From an uncultured Alistipes sp. (lineage in GTDB: Bacteria > Bacteroidota > Bacteroidia > Bacteroidales > Rikenellaceae), in NCBI GenBank assembly GCA_944320685.1, contig CALUIK010000007.1:51747-115746 (forward strand): DNA of 64,000 nucleotides, in the 5' to 3' direction. The notes under the pieces were generated by a model. It made no database searches. It was given only the letters and a program-made list of their open reading frames with translations, and was not told the origin of the DNA. A program made the position numbers and the translations under genes. Below, in pieces: positions 28,484-38,225 of this stretch (its first letter is position 1; each line of letters opens with the position of its first letter).

Positions 28484-28534
28484 TCTCCCGCACTGCGACT
28501 TATATTACGCATAACACAAACAACCCTACCGAAC

Positions 28535-29458
28535 ATGAATATTCTGCAGATAGCGAACGTCACCAAACGCTATGCGGGCCACACGGCCCTCGACGACGTC
28601 TCGCTCGAGGTGCCCAAGGGCTCCATCTACGGTCTGCTCGGCCCCAACGGCGCAGGCAAGACCACGCTCATACGTGTCATCAACCGCATCACACTGCCCG
28701 ACGCCGGCGCCGTGACATTCGACGGCCACCACATCACCGACGACGACATCCGCCACATAGGTTACCTGCCCGAAGAACGCGGACTATACAAGAAGATGAA
28801 GGTGGGACAGCAGGCCGTATTCTTCGCCCAGCTGAAGGGCCTTTCGCGCCGCGAGGCCGTCGAACGGCTCAAAAAGTGGTTTGTCCGTTTCGGCATCGAG
28901 GACTGGTGGGAGAAGAAGGTCGAGGACCTCTCGAAAGGCATGGCACAGAAGGTACAGTTCATCACCACGGTGGTACACGAGCCGCGCCTGCTCATCTTCG
29001 ACGAACCCTTCTCCGGTTTCGACCCCATAAACGCCAACTTGCTCAAGCAGGAGATACTGCGCCTGCGCGACAACGGCTCGACGGTGATATTCTCGACCCA
29101 CAACATGTCGAGCGTCGAGGAGATATGCGACCACATCACCCTCATAAACAAGTCGCGCAACATACTTTCAGGTTCGGTCGACGAAGTTCGCCGCCGCTTC
29201 GGCGAAAACATCTTCGAGGTGACCTACAGAGGCGACCCCGCCACGCTGGAGAACGCCGTGGCGCCAATGGCCGAGATTCTGGGGACAGCCGAGGTGAGCG
29301 ACACGCCATACCACACCACGCGCCTCAAGCTCGACCCCGCGGCGACGGTGCGCCAGACGGTGGCCGCCGTGAACGATGCCATCGAATTGCGCTCGTTCCA
29401 TGAGGTGATTCCCAGCATGAACGACATATTCATCCGCGCCGTCGAGGGCAAGTTATAA
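28535..29458 (+). CDS. ABC transporter ATP-binding protein (NatA/YhaQ-like exporter)
   Basis: Walker A GPNGAGKT, signature LSKGMAQ, Walker B LLIFDEPFSG and STH switch. Confidence 0.92.
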   Translation: MNILQIANVTKRYAGHTALDDVSLEVPKGSIYGLLGPNGAGKTTLIRVINRITLPDAGAVTFDGHHITDDDIRHIGYLPEERGLYKKMKVGQQAVFFAQLKGLSRREAVERLKKWFVRFGIEDWWEKKVEDLSKGMAQKVQFITTVVHEPRLLIFDEPFSGFDPINANLLKQEILRLRDNGSTVIFSTHNMSSVEEICDHITLINKSRNILSGSVDEVRRRFGENIFEVTYRGDPATLENAVAPMAEILGTAEVSDTPYHTTRLKLDPAATVRQTVAAVNDAIELRSFHEVIPSMNDIFIRAVEGKL

Positions 29459-29510
29459 AGGGAGGGGGCCACAGGCTCCGAACCGCAGCGAACAACAAAA
29501 CATCACGACA

Positions 29511-30824
29511 ATGAACAAGATACGCATAATCATAGCCCGCGAATTCAACGAGCGGGTACGCAAAAAGTCATTCATCATAACCACCATCCTCATGCCGGTG
29601 CTGATGCTGGCGCTCATGGCGGCGCCCACGCTGATCATGCTCTTCGCCAAAGGCGATACCAAGCACCTGCTGGTGATCGACGACAGCGGCATCATTGCCC
29701 CGCAGCTCGAAAACGGCGACGACGTCATATTCGAGGCCACAGACCGGAGTCTCGAACAGGCACGTGCCGACACCGACGTCTTCGGCGTGCTGTGGATAGG
29801 CGGCGACATAGTCGACAACCCCGCCGACGTGAAGCTATACACCAACTCGTCGTCATCGATGGCGCTGGAGAGCACCATCACCTCGCAGATGGAACGCATA
29901 ATCGAAAACGAACGGCTGAAGCGTTACAACATCGAAAACCTCGAGCAGATAATGAAGGACGTAAAGGTGAAGGTGTCGCTCTCGGCATACCGCACCGACC
30001 TTACAGAGGGAGAGGAGCCTGCCGAGGCCACCTCGTCGGCGCTGGCATACGGGCTGGGAGGCCTCATGGGCATTATATTGTATATGTTCCTCATAATATA
30101 CGGCTCGATGGTGATGACTTCCGTCATAGAGGAGAAGGGCAGCCGCGTGTTAGACGTGCTGGTGTCGAGCGTATCGCCATTCCAGCTCATGACGGGCAAG
30201 ATCCTCGGCGTGGCGTCGGTAGCAGCCACACAGGTGGCGATATGGGCCATACTGATATGCGGCGTGGGGGCCGCAATGATGTCGGCGCTCGTGCCCTCCG
30301 ACGTGATGGAGACCGTGCGCGCCGTCGAGGCCGGCACGATCACCTCCGCCCAAGCCGGTATGGATGCCGACCTTATCTCGGCCGTATCACTGGCCACGAA
30401 CCCCGCGCAGATGGTCATGATGTTCGTCTACCTGCTGCTGTTCCTCGTGGGAGGCTTCCTCTTCTACTCGGCCATGTTCGCCGCCGTGGGCTCGAGCGTC
30501 GATTCGATACAGGACGCCCAACAGCTTCAGACTCCCATAACCATACCCATCATCCTCGGATTCATCCTTATGATGACGGTATTCGAGGATCCCAACTCGA
30601 CGATAGCATTCTGGGGGTCGATCATACCATTCACCTCGCCCATCGTGATGATAGCGCGAATACCCTCGCACATACCTTCGTGGCAGATCATACTCTCGCT
30701 GGTGCTGCTCTACGCATCGGTGGTTGCGATGATATGGCTCGCGGGACGTATCTACCGCGTCGGCATCCTCATGCACGGCAAGCGGCCATCGTTCAAGGAG
30801 CTATTGTCGTGGATCAGACAGTAG
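29511..30824 (+). CDS. ABC-2 type exporter permease (NatB/YhaP-like)
   Basis: IIAREFNERVRKKSF, SVIEEKGSRVLDVLVSSV, IPFTSPIVM and several TM segments. Confidence 0.9.
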   Translation: MNKIRIIIAREFNERVRKKSFIITTILMPVLMLALMAAPTLIMLFAKGDTKHLLVIDDSGIIAPQLENGDDVIFEATDRSLEQARADTDVFGVLWIGGDIVDNPADVKLYTNSSSSMALESTITSQMERIIENERLKRYNIENLEQIMKDVKVKVSLSAYRTDLTEGEEPAEATSSALAYGLGGLMGIILYMFLIIYGSMVMTSVIEEKGSRVLDVLVSSVSPFQLMTGKILGVASVAATQVAIWAILICGVGAAMMSALVPSDVMETVRAVEAGTITSAQAGMDADLISAVSLATNPAQMVMMFVYLLLFLVGGFLFYSAMFAAVGSSVDSIQDAQQLQTPITIPIILGFILMMTVFEDPNSTIAFWGSIIPFTSPIVMIARIPSHIPSWQIILSLVLLYASVVAMIWLAGRIYRVGILMHGKRPSFKELLSWIRQ

Positions 30825-30834
30825 CGGCACATAT

Positions 30835-31278
30835 ATGTGGATGAAAACGGCCATATCATCGCTCTTCCTACTTTTAATACCCGTGATACAAGGTTGCGGG
30901 TTCGTATATCAGCGGCATCTTACCGGGAACTATTATTTGATAGCGGTAGATACCAAAGAAGATATGGATGTGTGTTATCACCGACAAAACGATGATGATG
31001 CGCCTTATACGGGAATAACCGGAGCAAGTGTTTACGCAGTGGGATATGACGATGATTTTATTCTTGCCAAGGCATATCGCGCCCTGAAGGACAGCACGGG
31101 CATATCCTTGCATCGCTACGACAGGAATGCCACCGAATATTACATCATTCCCGTGAACAACACGCAAGAGACATGGGAAGCGCAGGAAAACATATTCGGG
31201 CCATTAGGCAAACAGGATTTCGAGGACAAACGGAAAGAACTTGGCGTGCCGGATGATATAGCACTCGACGAGCTGTAA
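30835..31278 (+). CDS. Small lipoprotein, DUF3997-like, low GC
   Basis: Lipoprotein-type signal (LLIPVIQGC). LTGNYYL, VGYDDDFILAK and EYYII recall DUF3997. Markedly lower GC than its flanks. Confidence 0.65.
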   Translation: MWMKTAISSLFLLLIPVIQGCGFVYQRHLTGNYYLIAVDTKEDMDVCYHRQNDDDAPYTGITGASVYAVGYDDDFILAKAYRALKDSTGISLHRYDRNATEYYIIPVNNTQETWEAQENIFGPLGKQDFEDKRKELGVPDDIALDEL

Positions 31279-31350
31279 TCAATCATCGACGCAGCGCGAT
31301 AACGTTTGGCGCGTTTCACCGCTTTGCCACCCTGCATACGGGAAAGTCAG

Positions 31351-31394
31351 ATGCCGCCTACTCCGGCCATATCGGTCGAAAGAGTGGGCGGCAT
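31351..31394. terminator. Possible terminator hairpin after the DUF3997-like gene
   Basis: Stem atgccgcc(t)actc / gagt(g)ggcggcat, with no clear U tract. Confidence 0.35.
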
Positions 31395-31427
31395 ACATAT
31401 GGACAGCGGTTATTCAAAAAAATTACG

Positions 31428-31435
31428 TACCTTTG
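31428..31435 (+). promoter_or_regulatory. Bacteroidota -7 promoter element upstream of the lysO pair
   Basis: TACCTTTGCA preceded by an A tract. Confidence 0.65.
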
Positions 31436-31733
31436 CACCATAAACCCCGACAGTAAGCGTTAGCTGGACATGAGACTTCACGGAGGACATACCCGCAACG
31501 GCGGCGAACGCATAACGATGCATTCGACGGCGACGGCACATGTCCATTGGTTCAGCGGATTCATATGATCGTTCCGCGCCCCACAGGCGCCGCGGGGCCC
31601 GGCATCTTGCGCCCCGCCACATCACAACATTATTTAACACGAACGACAAACCGACCTGCCGCAGCCGCAACGCGCCGCAGCAGACCTTTGCCGCCGTAGG
31701 GTGCACATACGACAGGTCATAAATCCGACAAGA

Positions 31734-32009
31734 ATGTTTCGCATACTGTTCATTCTCATCGCAGGGATAGCGGTGGGGCTGGCTGCGCGCCGCACCCGAC
31801 TGCCCCGCGCCGCCGAGCGCGGCATACGCATCACCGTCCCAACCCTGCTCTTCGTATTCGGGACGGCCGCGGGCGCCGACGACGCCCTCATCGACAACAT
31901 AGGCCGCTACGGTTGGCAGGCCGCCGTCATAGCCCTGCTCGGTATCGCCGGCAGCATAGCCGCCGCACGCGTAGCAAAACGAATAATAGGGAAAGGAGGC
32001 GGCCGATGA
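31734..32009 (+). CDS. LysO (DUF340) family transporter, small N-terminal subunit
   Basis: 91-aa three-TM protein (MFRILFILIAGIAVG...LLFVFG). ATGA overlap with the next gene, matching the split LysO arrangement common in Bacteroidota. Confidence 0.7.
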   Translation: MFRILFILIAGIAVGLAARRTRLPRAAERGIRITVPTLLFVFGTAAGADDALIDNIGRYGWQAAVIALLGIAGSIAAARVAKRIIGKGGGR

Positions 32010-32626
32010 AAGGGAACCTCGCGATAATAGCATGCCTCGCCGCAGGCATCGCGGCAGGCAGGACGGGCCTCGCACCCTCATGGCTCACGGGCCACGACCT
32101 GCCCGTATACATACTCTCGGCCCTCATATTCCAAGTGGGCATAGGCCTCGGCGCCTCTGACGACCTGCGCCGCATGCGGCAATCGTTCGGCGCGGGGATG
32201 CTGCTGCTGCCGCTGGCTACAATAGCCGGCACGCTGCTCTTCTCGGCCGCAGGGGTCTTCCTGCTCGGGGACAGAAGCCTTGCGGACTGTCTCGCCCTCG
32301 GCAGCGGATTCGGCTACTACTCCCTCTCGTCGATACTCATAGCCGACATTAAGGGTGCCGCACCCGATGCCGCCGAACTCGCCACCATAGCCCTGCTGGC
32401 AAACATAATACGCGAAATGTCGGCCCTGTTCGGGGCATCGCTCTTCGCACGCTGGGGCGGCCGCTACGCCCCCATATCCGTCGCGGGGATCAACTCGATG
32501 GACGTATGTCTGCCCTCTATCGTACGCGAAGCCGACGGCAAGGATGTAGTGCCGCTGGCCGTGACGCACGGTATGGCGCTCGAGGTCAGCGTGCCGGTAC
32601 TAATAGGCATCTTCTGCGGCGCGTGA
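32006..32626 (+). CDS. Lysine exporter LysO family protein
   Basis: LIFQVGIGLG, GSGFGYYSLSSILI, ANIIRE and AGINSMDVCLPSI. Confidence 0.85.
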   Translation: MKGNLAIIACLAAGIAAGRTGLAPSWLTGHDLPVYILSALIFQVGIGLGASDDLRRMRQSFGAGMLLLPLATIAGTLLFSAAGVFLLGDRSLADCLALGSGFGYYSLSSILIADIKGAAPDAAELATIALLANIIREMSALFGASLFARWGGRYAPISVAGINSMDVCLPSIVREADGKDVVPLAVTHGMALEVSVPVLIGIFCGA

Positions 32627-32713
32627 CGCCGCAGAAGAACCAAACCGCAGAACCTTAAGCCCGCATACACCATCCGCCCGTACAAAAAAGGACGCAACAC
32701 ACGATTTTTCCCT

Positions 32714-32721
32714 TATCTTTG
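32714..32721 (+). promoter_or_regulatory. Bacteroidota -7 promoter element upstream of mgtC
   Basis: TATCTTTGCC, about 290 nt upstream of the ATG. Confidence 0.6.
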
Positions 32722-33010
32722 CCTGTGGAAGCCATCGCAGCACCGCGGGGAAACACGGGAGAGCGGCCGGTGAGCACTATTTTCGACCGCTCGCGTCCGT
32801 ATCGGGATGCACGGCAGCCACGTGCGCGCACTATCGGACAAAGCCCATGAGACGATAAGTGCATTCTCCGGAAACATAAGCTTCGGCATGGAACCAATAT
32901 GCAGTAGTAAGGTATAACAGCCGCACAACAGCAGTCTGCCCCCGTCATACACCGATTGACTTTCATAACCGTACTCTCTACGACATGGGAGTACCATAAA
33001 AATACAGATT

Positions 33011-33679
33011 ATGACTTGGATATTCATCTTCCGCCTTGTCGTGGCCGGCCTGCTCGGCACCGCCGTCGGCCTCGAACGCGAGTGGCGGGTCAAGGAGGCG
33101 GGATTCCGCACCCACTTCCTCGTATCACTCGGCAGCGCCCTGTTCATGATAATATCGCAATGGGGCTTCGACGAGTTCCTTGCCGCCCACGACGGGTTGC
33201 GCCTCGACCCCAGCCGCGTAGCGGCGCAGGTCGTAAGCGGCATAGGCTTCATCGGGGCGGGTGCCATCATATTCCACCGACAGATAGTGCGGGGACTTAC
33301 CACTGCTGCCAGCCTGTGGGCCATATCGGGCGTTGGAATGGCCACCGGTGCAGGGATGTACGGCGTGGCCATAGCGGCCACCGTACTTACACTCGTGGGA
33401 CTTGAGGTATTGAACCTCTTTTTCGGCAACCTCGGATCGCACCGCATATCGCTCGTATTCTCGACGCTCGAACGCGACGCCGTAAGCGAGACTCTCACGC
33501 GCCTGCGCGAGGCGGGATATGCCGTCGTATCCTTCGAATTGGAGAACGAACGTACAGCAACGGGCATAATATACCGCGCGCGGCTCCTCATACAGATACG
33601 AAAAAAGTCCCGTTCTGACAATACATTCCTCGAACTGCTGCAACAGGACAAACGGATACTTGTCGAACGGATAATCTGA
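33011..33679 (+). CDS. MgtC/SapB family protein
   Basis: GLEREWRVKEAGFRTHFLVSLGSALF, DPSRVAAQVVSGIGFIGAG and GLTTAASLW, plus an ACT-like C-terminus. Confidence 0.92.
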   Translation: MTWIFIFRLVVAGLLGTAVGLEREWRVKEAGFRTHFLVSLGSALFMIISQWGFDEFLAAHDGLRLDPSRVAAQVVSGIGFIGAGAIIFHRQIVRGLTTAASLWAISGVGMATGAGMYGVAIAATVLTLVGLEVLNLFFGNLGSHRISLVFSTLERDAVSETLTRLREAGYAVVSFELENERTATGIIYRARLLIQIRKKSRSDNTFLELLQQDKRILVERII

Positions 33680-33831
33680 CGCCGCAGCCGCACCCTGTGA
33701 CAAAAGGCTGAGCCGAATGAAATGATGCCGCAACGGCGTATGCTGCCACCCGCACGATACGCCGTTGTGCGCCCTCGTACCATCCCCGCTATAAACGCTC
33801 GCCGCCGCACTCCGCATCCTCTCCCGATGCA

Positions 33832-33861
33832 CAAAAAACGGCTCCCCACGCGGGGAGCCGT
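33832..33861 (-). terminator. Intrinsic terminator of the ribosomal protein cluster (after rplQ)
   Basis: 10-bp stem acggctcccc / ggggagccgt followed by TTTTTT on the minus strand. Confidence 0.85.
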
Positions 33862-33891
33862 ATCGGCAATATGATTTCGGACGCGGCCGAT

Positions 33892-34470
33892 TTACATCTT
33901 CTTGCCTACGTTGGTCTTCTTCACTGCCTTGGGAACTGCGGCACCCTTGACTGCGACACTCTTCGGTGCCTTGGCCTTGGCGGCGCTCTTCTTCTCCTCC
34001 ACTACCGTGGCATCCTCCACGGCGTCGGTCTTCTTGGCAGCGCTCTTGCGTGAACGGCGCGTCTTGGGCTTCGCCTCCTCCGCCGACGCCACCTTACCGA
34101 AGGTGTAGGCGTCGTTGAAGTCCACCAGCTCGATGATGCACATGTCGGCGCCGTCGCCCAGACGGAAACCGGTCTTCAGGATACGTGTGTAGCCGCCCGG
34201 ACGCTCAGCTATCTTGGGGGCAACGGTACGGAACAGCTCCGTCACGGCCTCCTTCTGCTTGAGGTACGAGAATACTACACGGCGCGAATGGGTAGTGTCC
34301 TCCTTCGACTTGGTTACCAGAGGCTCCACGAACTGCTGTACGGCCTTCGCCTTGGCAACAGTGGTCTCGATTCGCTTGTGCAGGATCAGCGACGCAGCCA
34401 TGTTCGACAACATGGCCTTGCGGTGGCCCGACTTCCTGCCGAGGTGATTGAAATTCTTATTGTGTCTCAT
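33892..34470 (-). CDS. rplQ: 50S ribosomal protein L17 (with Lys/Ala-rich C-terminal extension)
   Basis: [21 protein letters not shown] and [10 protein letters not shown]. Confidence 0.97.
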   Translation of the reverse strand: MRHNKNFNHLGRKSGHRKAMLSNMAASLILHKRIETTVAKAKAVQQFVEPLVTKSKEDTTHSRRVVFSYLKQKEAVTELFRTVAPKIAERPGGYTRILKTGFRLGDGADMCIIELVDFNDAYTFGKVASAEEAKPKTRRSRKSAAKKTDAVEDATVVEEKKSAAKAKAPKSVAVKGAAVPKAVKKTNVGKKM

Positions 34471-34472
34471 AA

Positions 34473-35465
34473 TTAGTCTTTATCAAGTTTGTAGATTGAT
34501 ACGTCCATTCCGAACTTAAGGTTAAGCGATGCCAGCAGCTCGTCCAGCTCCGTGAGCGACTTCTTGCCGAAGTTACGGAACTTCAGCAGGTCGTTGCGGT
34601 TCAGCTTTACCAGATCGCCTACGGTATCGACATCAGCGGCCTTCAGGCAGTTCAGAGCGCGTACGCTCAGGTCCTGATCCGACAACTTCGTCTTCAGCAG
34701 CTGACGCATGCGCAGAGCCTCGTCGTCGAGCGTATCGTTGTCGCTGCTGTCGTCCATGTTGATGGTGATCTTCTCGTCCGAGAATAGCATGAAGTGCTGG
34801 ATGAGTATCTTGGCGGCCTCTTTCAAAGCCTCCTTGGGATGGATTGATCCATCGGTAGTAATCTCCAAATTCAACTTTTCGTAGTCGGTCTTCTGCTCCA
34901 CACGGTAGTCCTCGATAGAATACTTCACGTTCTTGATGGGCGTGAAGATCGAGTCGATGGGAAGAACATCCAACTCCTTCTCGGCGGGGGTGTTCTCTTC
35001 AGAAGGCACATATCCGCGCCCCTTGCCGATCGTAAGCGTGATCTGCATCTTCGTACCCGGCGCAAGATGGCAGATAATCAGATCGGGATTCAGGACTTTG
35101 AACGATGACAGGTAGTTCGAGATATATCCTGCGGTAAGCTCCGTAACACCCGCTACGTTGACGGTGACCTTCTCATAATCCTGATTGTCAACCGTGCGCA
35201 GAAAACGGATCTGCTTGAGCTTGAGGATAATATCCATCATACCCTCCATCACTCCCGGAATAGCGGCAAACTCATTGTTCACTCCGGCTACCTTTACGGT
35301 CGTAATTGCATAACCCTCCAACGATGAGAGCAAAACGCGTCGCAAAGCGTTGCCGACTGTCATACCGAAGCCGGGCTCCAGCGGCCGGAACTCGAATTTT
35401 CCGAACGACGCGGTGGCTTCGAGCATAATAACCTTTTCAGGTTTCTGGAATGCTAATATTGCCAT
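34473..35465 (-). CDS. rpoA: RNA polymerase alpha subunit
   Basis: [31 protein letters not shown] and FRNFGKKSL. Confidence 0.98.
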   Translation of the reverse strand: MAILAFQKPEKVIMLEATASFGKFEFRPLEPGFGMTVGNALRRVLLSSLEGYAITTVKVAGVNNEFAAIPGVMEGMMDIILKLKQIRFLRTVDNQDYEKVTVNVAGVTELTAGYISNYLSSFKVLNPDLIICHLAPGTKMQITLTIGKGRGYVPSEENTPAEKELDVLPIDSIFTPIKNVKYSIEDYRVEQKTDYEKLNLEITTDGSIHPKEALKEAAKILIQHFMLFSDEKITINMDDSSDNDTLDDEALRMRQLLKTKLSDQDLSVRALNCLKAADVDTVGDLVKLNRNDLLKFRNFGKKSLTELDELLASLNLKFGMDVSIYKLDKD

Positions 35466-35489
35466 AAATTATTGAATTTGTATTAATTA

Positions 35490-36098
35490 CTACTTCGAGT
35501 ACAGCTCGACGATCAGCTGTTCCTTGATGTTTTCGGGGATCTCCTCTCGTTCGGGTTTCTGCAGGAGCTTACCGCTCATCGTGGCGCCGTCCCACTCGAG
35601 CCATGCGTAACGGCTGCGCGACGAACCGGCTACTGCCGACGTAATAACCTCCAAGCTCTTCGACTTCTCGCGTACCGACACGATGTCGCCTACGCGAAGC
35701 GAATACGACGGTATGTTAACCACCTCGCCGTTGACGCAGATGTGACGGTGCGACACCAGCTGACGGGCTGCGGCTCGCGTCGGGGCGATACCCAGACGGT
35801 ATACCACATTGTCCAGACGGCACTCGAGCAGCTTCAGCAGGTTCTCACCCGTGATACCGCCCATACGGGCTGCCGCCTCGTACGTGCGGGCGAACTGCTT
35901 CTCCAGAATACCGTAGGTGTACTTCGCCTTCTGCTTCTCGCTCAACTGCTCGCCGTACTCCGAATTCTTCTTGCGCTTACGGGCCAGACCATGCTGTCCG
36001 GGAGGGAAGTTCCTCTTCTCGAGAACTTTGTCCGCACCATAGATAGCTTCGCCGAACTTACGCGCGATCTTCGATTTAGGTCCTATATATCTTGCCAT
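35490..36098 (-). CDS. rpsD: 30S ribosomal protein S4
   Basis: [14 protein letters not shown] and [13 protein letters not shown]. Confidence 0.98.
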   Translation of the reverse strand: MARYIGPKSKIARKFGEAIYGADKVLEKRNFPPGQHGLARKRKKNSEYGEQLSEKQKAKYTYGILEKQFARTYEAAARMGGITGENLLKLLECRLDNVVYRLGIAPTRAAARQLVSHRHICVNGEVVNIPSYSLRVGDIVSVREKSKSLEVITSAVAGSSRSRYAWLEWDGATMSGKLLQKPEREEIPENIKEQLIVELYSK

Positions 36099-36162
36099 TG
36101 TTTTTAACTTTTTTAATACCCTTTAACTAAAAGTCTCTATAGGTCGTCACCCAACCCCTGCA

Positions 36163-36552
36163 TTACACGCGGCGGCGGTTGGGAGCGCGGCAGCCGTTGT
36201 GCGGCAGCGGAGTCACGTCGATGATCTCCATCACCTCGATACCGGCACCGTGGATCGTGCGCACGGCACTCTCGCGGCCCTGTCCCGGACCCTTGACATA
36301 AACCTTCACCTTGCGCAGACCCATGTCATAGGCAACCTTCGCGCAATCGGCCGCTGCCGTCTGCGCTGCATAGGGAGTATTCTTCTTCGAACCGCGGAAT
36401 CCCATCTTACCGGCAGATGACCAGCTGATTACCTCGCCGACCTCGTTGGTGATGGTGATTATTACGTTGTTGAAAGTCGAGTGTACGAAAGCCATACCAA
36501 CGGCACCCACTTTGACAACCTTCTTCTTGACCGTTCCAGTTTTCTTTGCCAT
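36163..36552 (-). CDS. rpsK: 30S ribosomal protein S11
   Basis: [20 protein letters not shown] and [11 protein letters not shown]. Confidence 0.98.
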   Translation of the reverse strand: MAKKTGTVKKKVVKVGAVGMAFVHSTFNNVIITITNEVGEVISWSSAGKMGFRGSKKNTPYAAQTAAADCAKVAYDMGLRKVKVYVKGPGQGRESAVRTIHGAGIEVMEIIDVTPLPHNGCRAPNRRRV

Positions 36553-36565
36553 AACTCTCTATTTA

Positions 36566-36946
36566 TTACTTCGTTGCCTTTTTCTTGTTTGCTACGGTCT
36601 TCTTGCGGCCCTTACGCGTGCGGGCATTGTTCTTCGTGCTCTGTCCGCGCACGGGAAGACCCAGACGGTGACGGATGCCGCGGTAGCAGCCTATATCCAT
36701 CAACCGCTTGATGTTCAGCTGCACGACCGAACGGCACTCGCCCTCGACCTTGATGCCCATCTCGGCTATGGCCGAACGGATCGCGCCGACCTGCTCGTCG
36801 GTCCAGTCGCTTACTTTTACGTCGTACGAGATCCCTGACTTGTCAAGAATCTTGCGGGCCGTGCTCCGGCCTATACCGTAAATATAGGTCAAGCCTATTT
36901 CGCCCCGCTTGTTTTTAGGTAAATCTACACCTACTATACGTGCCAT
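36566..36946 (-). CDS. rpsM: 30S ribosomal protein S13
   Basis: [10 protein letters not shown] and [17 protein letters not shown]. Confidence 0.98.
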   Translation of the reverse strand: MARIVGVDLPKNKRGEIGLTYIYGIGRSTARKILDKSGISYDVKVSDWTDEQVGAIRSAIAEMGIKVEGECRSVVQLNIKRLMDIGCYRGIRHRLGLPVRGQSTKNNARTRKGRKKTVANKKKATK

Positions 36947-36977
36947 AAATTCCTTTCTTTAATTAATCTTTTGAACA

Positions 36978-37094
36978 TTACCCTTGGCGCATCTTGAACT
37001 TGGGATTCTTCTTGCAGATGACGTAGAGCTTTCCCTTGCGCTTCACGATCTTGCAATCCTCGCTACGCTTCTTGATTGATGCTTTTACTTTCAT
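36978..37094 (-). CDS. rpmJ: 50S ribosomal protein L36 (not in the ORF track)
   Basis: Manual translation [38 protein letters not shown], at the canonical position between infA and rpsM. Confidence 0.95.
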   Translation of the reverse strand: MKVKASIKKRSEDCKIVKRKGKLYVICKKNPKFKMRQG

Positions 37095-37113
37095 GGTTTT
37101 TCAAGCAATCTGA

Positions 37114-37332
37114 TTATTTGTACCTAAAGGATATGCGACCCTTACTCAAATCGTAGGGGGTCATCTCCACTTTGACCTTATCGCCGGGAAGGATCTTGAT
37201 ATAGTGCATGCGCATCTTTCCCGAGATGTGGGCCGTGATAACGTGTCCGTTATCCAATTCGACACGGAACATCGCGTTCGACAACGCCTCGATGATGGTT
37301 CCGTCCCGTTCAATAGCAGTTTGTTTTGCCAT
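37114..37332 (-). CDS. infA: Translation initiation factor IF-1
   Basis: [16 protein letters not shown] and [17 protein letters not shown]. Confidence 0.98.
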   Translation of the reverse strand: MAKQTAIERDGTIIEALSNAMFRVELDNGHVITAHISGKMRMHYIKILPGDKVKVEMTPYDLSKGRISFRYK

Positions 37333-37345
37333 AGAGCCTCTCTAC

Positions 37346-38119
37346 TTAGTTGTTAAGTGCCTGTTCGATTATATTAAAGTCGGTCAATACGTCGGGCCCG
37401 TCGCGACGGATCGCGACGGCAAATTCGAAGTGGGCCGCAGGCTTGCGGTCCCGCGTGCGGACGGTCCACCCGTCCCGCTCGAAGACCACGGCCTTGTTGC
37501 CCATCGTTATCATCGGTTCTATGCAGATGACCATACCCTCCTTCAGGAGAGGCCCTCTGCCGCGGGCCCCGTAGTTGGGGACACCGGGGGCTTCGTGCAT
37601 CTCTCGCCCCACACCGTGACCCTCGAGCTCGCGTACTACGCCGTAGCCGAAGCTTTCGACGTACTCCTGCACCGCCGCCGAGATATCGCCCACGCGATTT
37701 CCCGCCCTGGCCTGTGCCGTACCCTTATAAAGAGCTTCTTTGGTGACTGCCAGAAGCCGCTTTGCCTCCTCGCTGACTTCGCCCACGGCAAACGTATATG
37801 CCGAATCGCCAACAAACCCCTTCAAAAGCGTACACAAATCGACCGATACTATGTCGCCCTCCTCGATGACACGATCCGACGGTATGCCGTGCACAACCTG
37901 CTCGTTGACCGATATGCAGGTCGACGCAGGGTAGCCTTCATACCCCAGACACGCCGGTATGGCTCCGTTCGCACGGATGAAATCCTCGGCTATCTTGTCC
38001 AACTCGCGCGTGGTGATACCCGGACGCATGTGACGCCCCACCTCGGCCAGCGTACGGCTGACCAGGATGTTGTTCTCGCGCAGGATCTCGATCTCTTCGT
38101 CTGTCTTCAGATGAATCAT
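37346..38119 (-). CDS. map: Methionine aminopeptidase type I
   Basis: CISVNEQVVHGIP, GDSAYTF, GHGVGREMHE and AAHFE. Confidence 0.97.
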   Translation of the reverse strand: MIHLKTDEEIEILRENNILVSRTLAEVGRHMRPGITTRELDKIAEDFIRANGAIPACLGYEGYPASTCISVNEQVVHGIPSDRVIEEGDIVSVDLCTLLKGFVGDSAYTFAVGEVSEEAKRLLAVTKEALYKGTAQARAGNRVGDISAAVQEYVESFGYGVVRELEGHGVGREMHEAPGVPNYGARGRGPLLKEGMVICIEPMITMGNKAVVFERDGWTVRTRDRKPAAHFEFAVAIRRDGPDVLTDFNIIEQALNN

Positions 38120-38225
38120 CTTATTTTCGTATTGTTCCGCGCCGCTTGCACGGCTCGTCCTCCTCTATTACAATCAAGGCGCCTCCTCGTGTTATCCTCG
38201 TCGGAAACCTTGGCGGAGGCTCAGT

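Noticed and set aside
33892-34110. Lys/Ala-rich C-terminal extension of L17
   Set aside because: This is common in Bacteroidota L17 and not novel.
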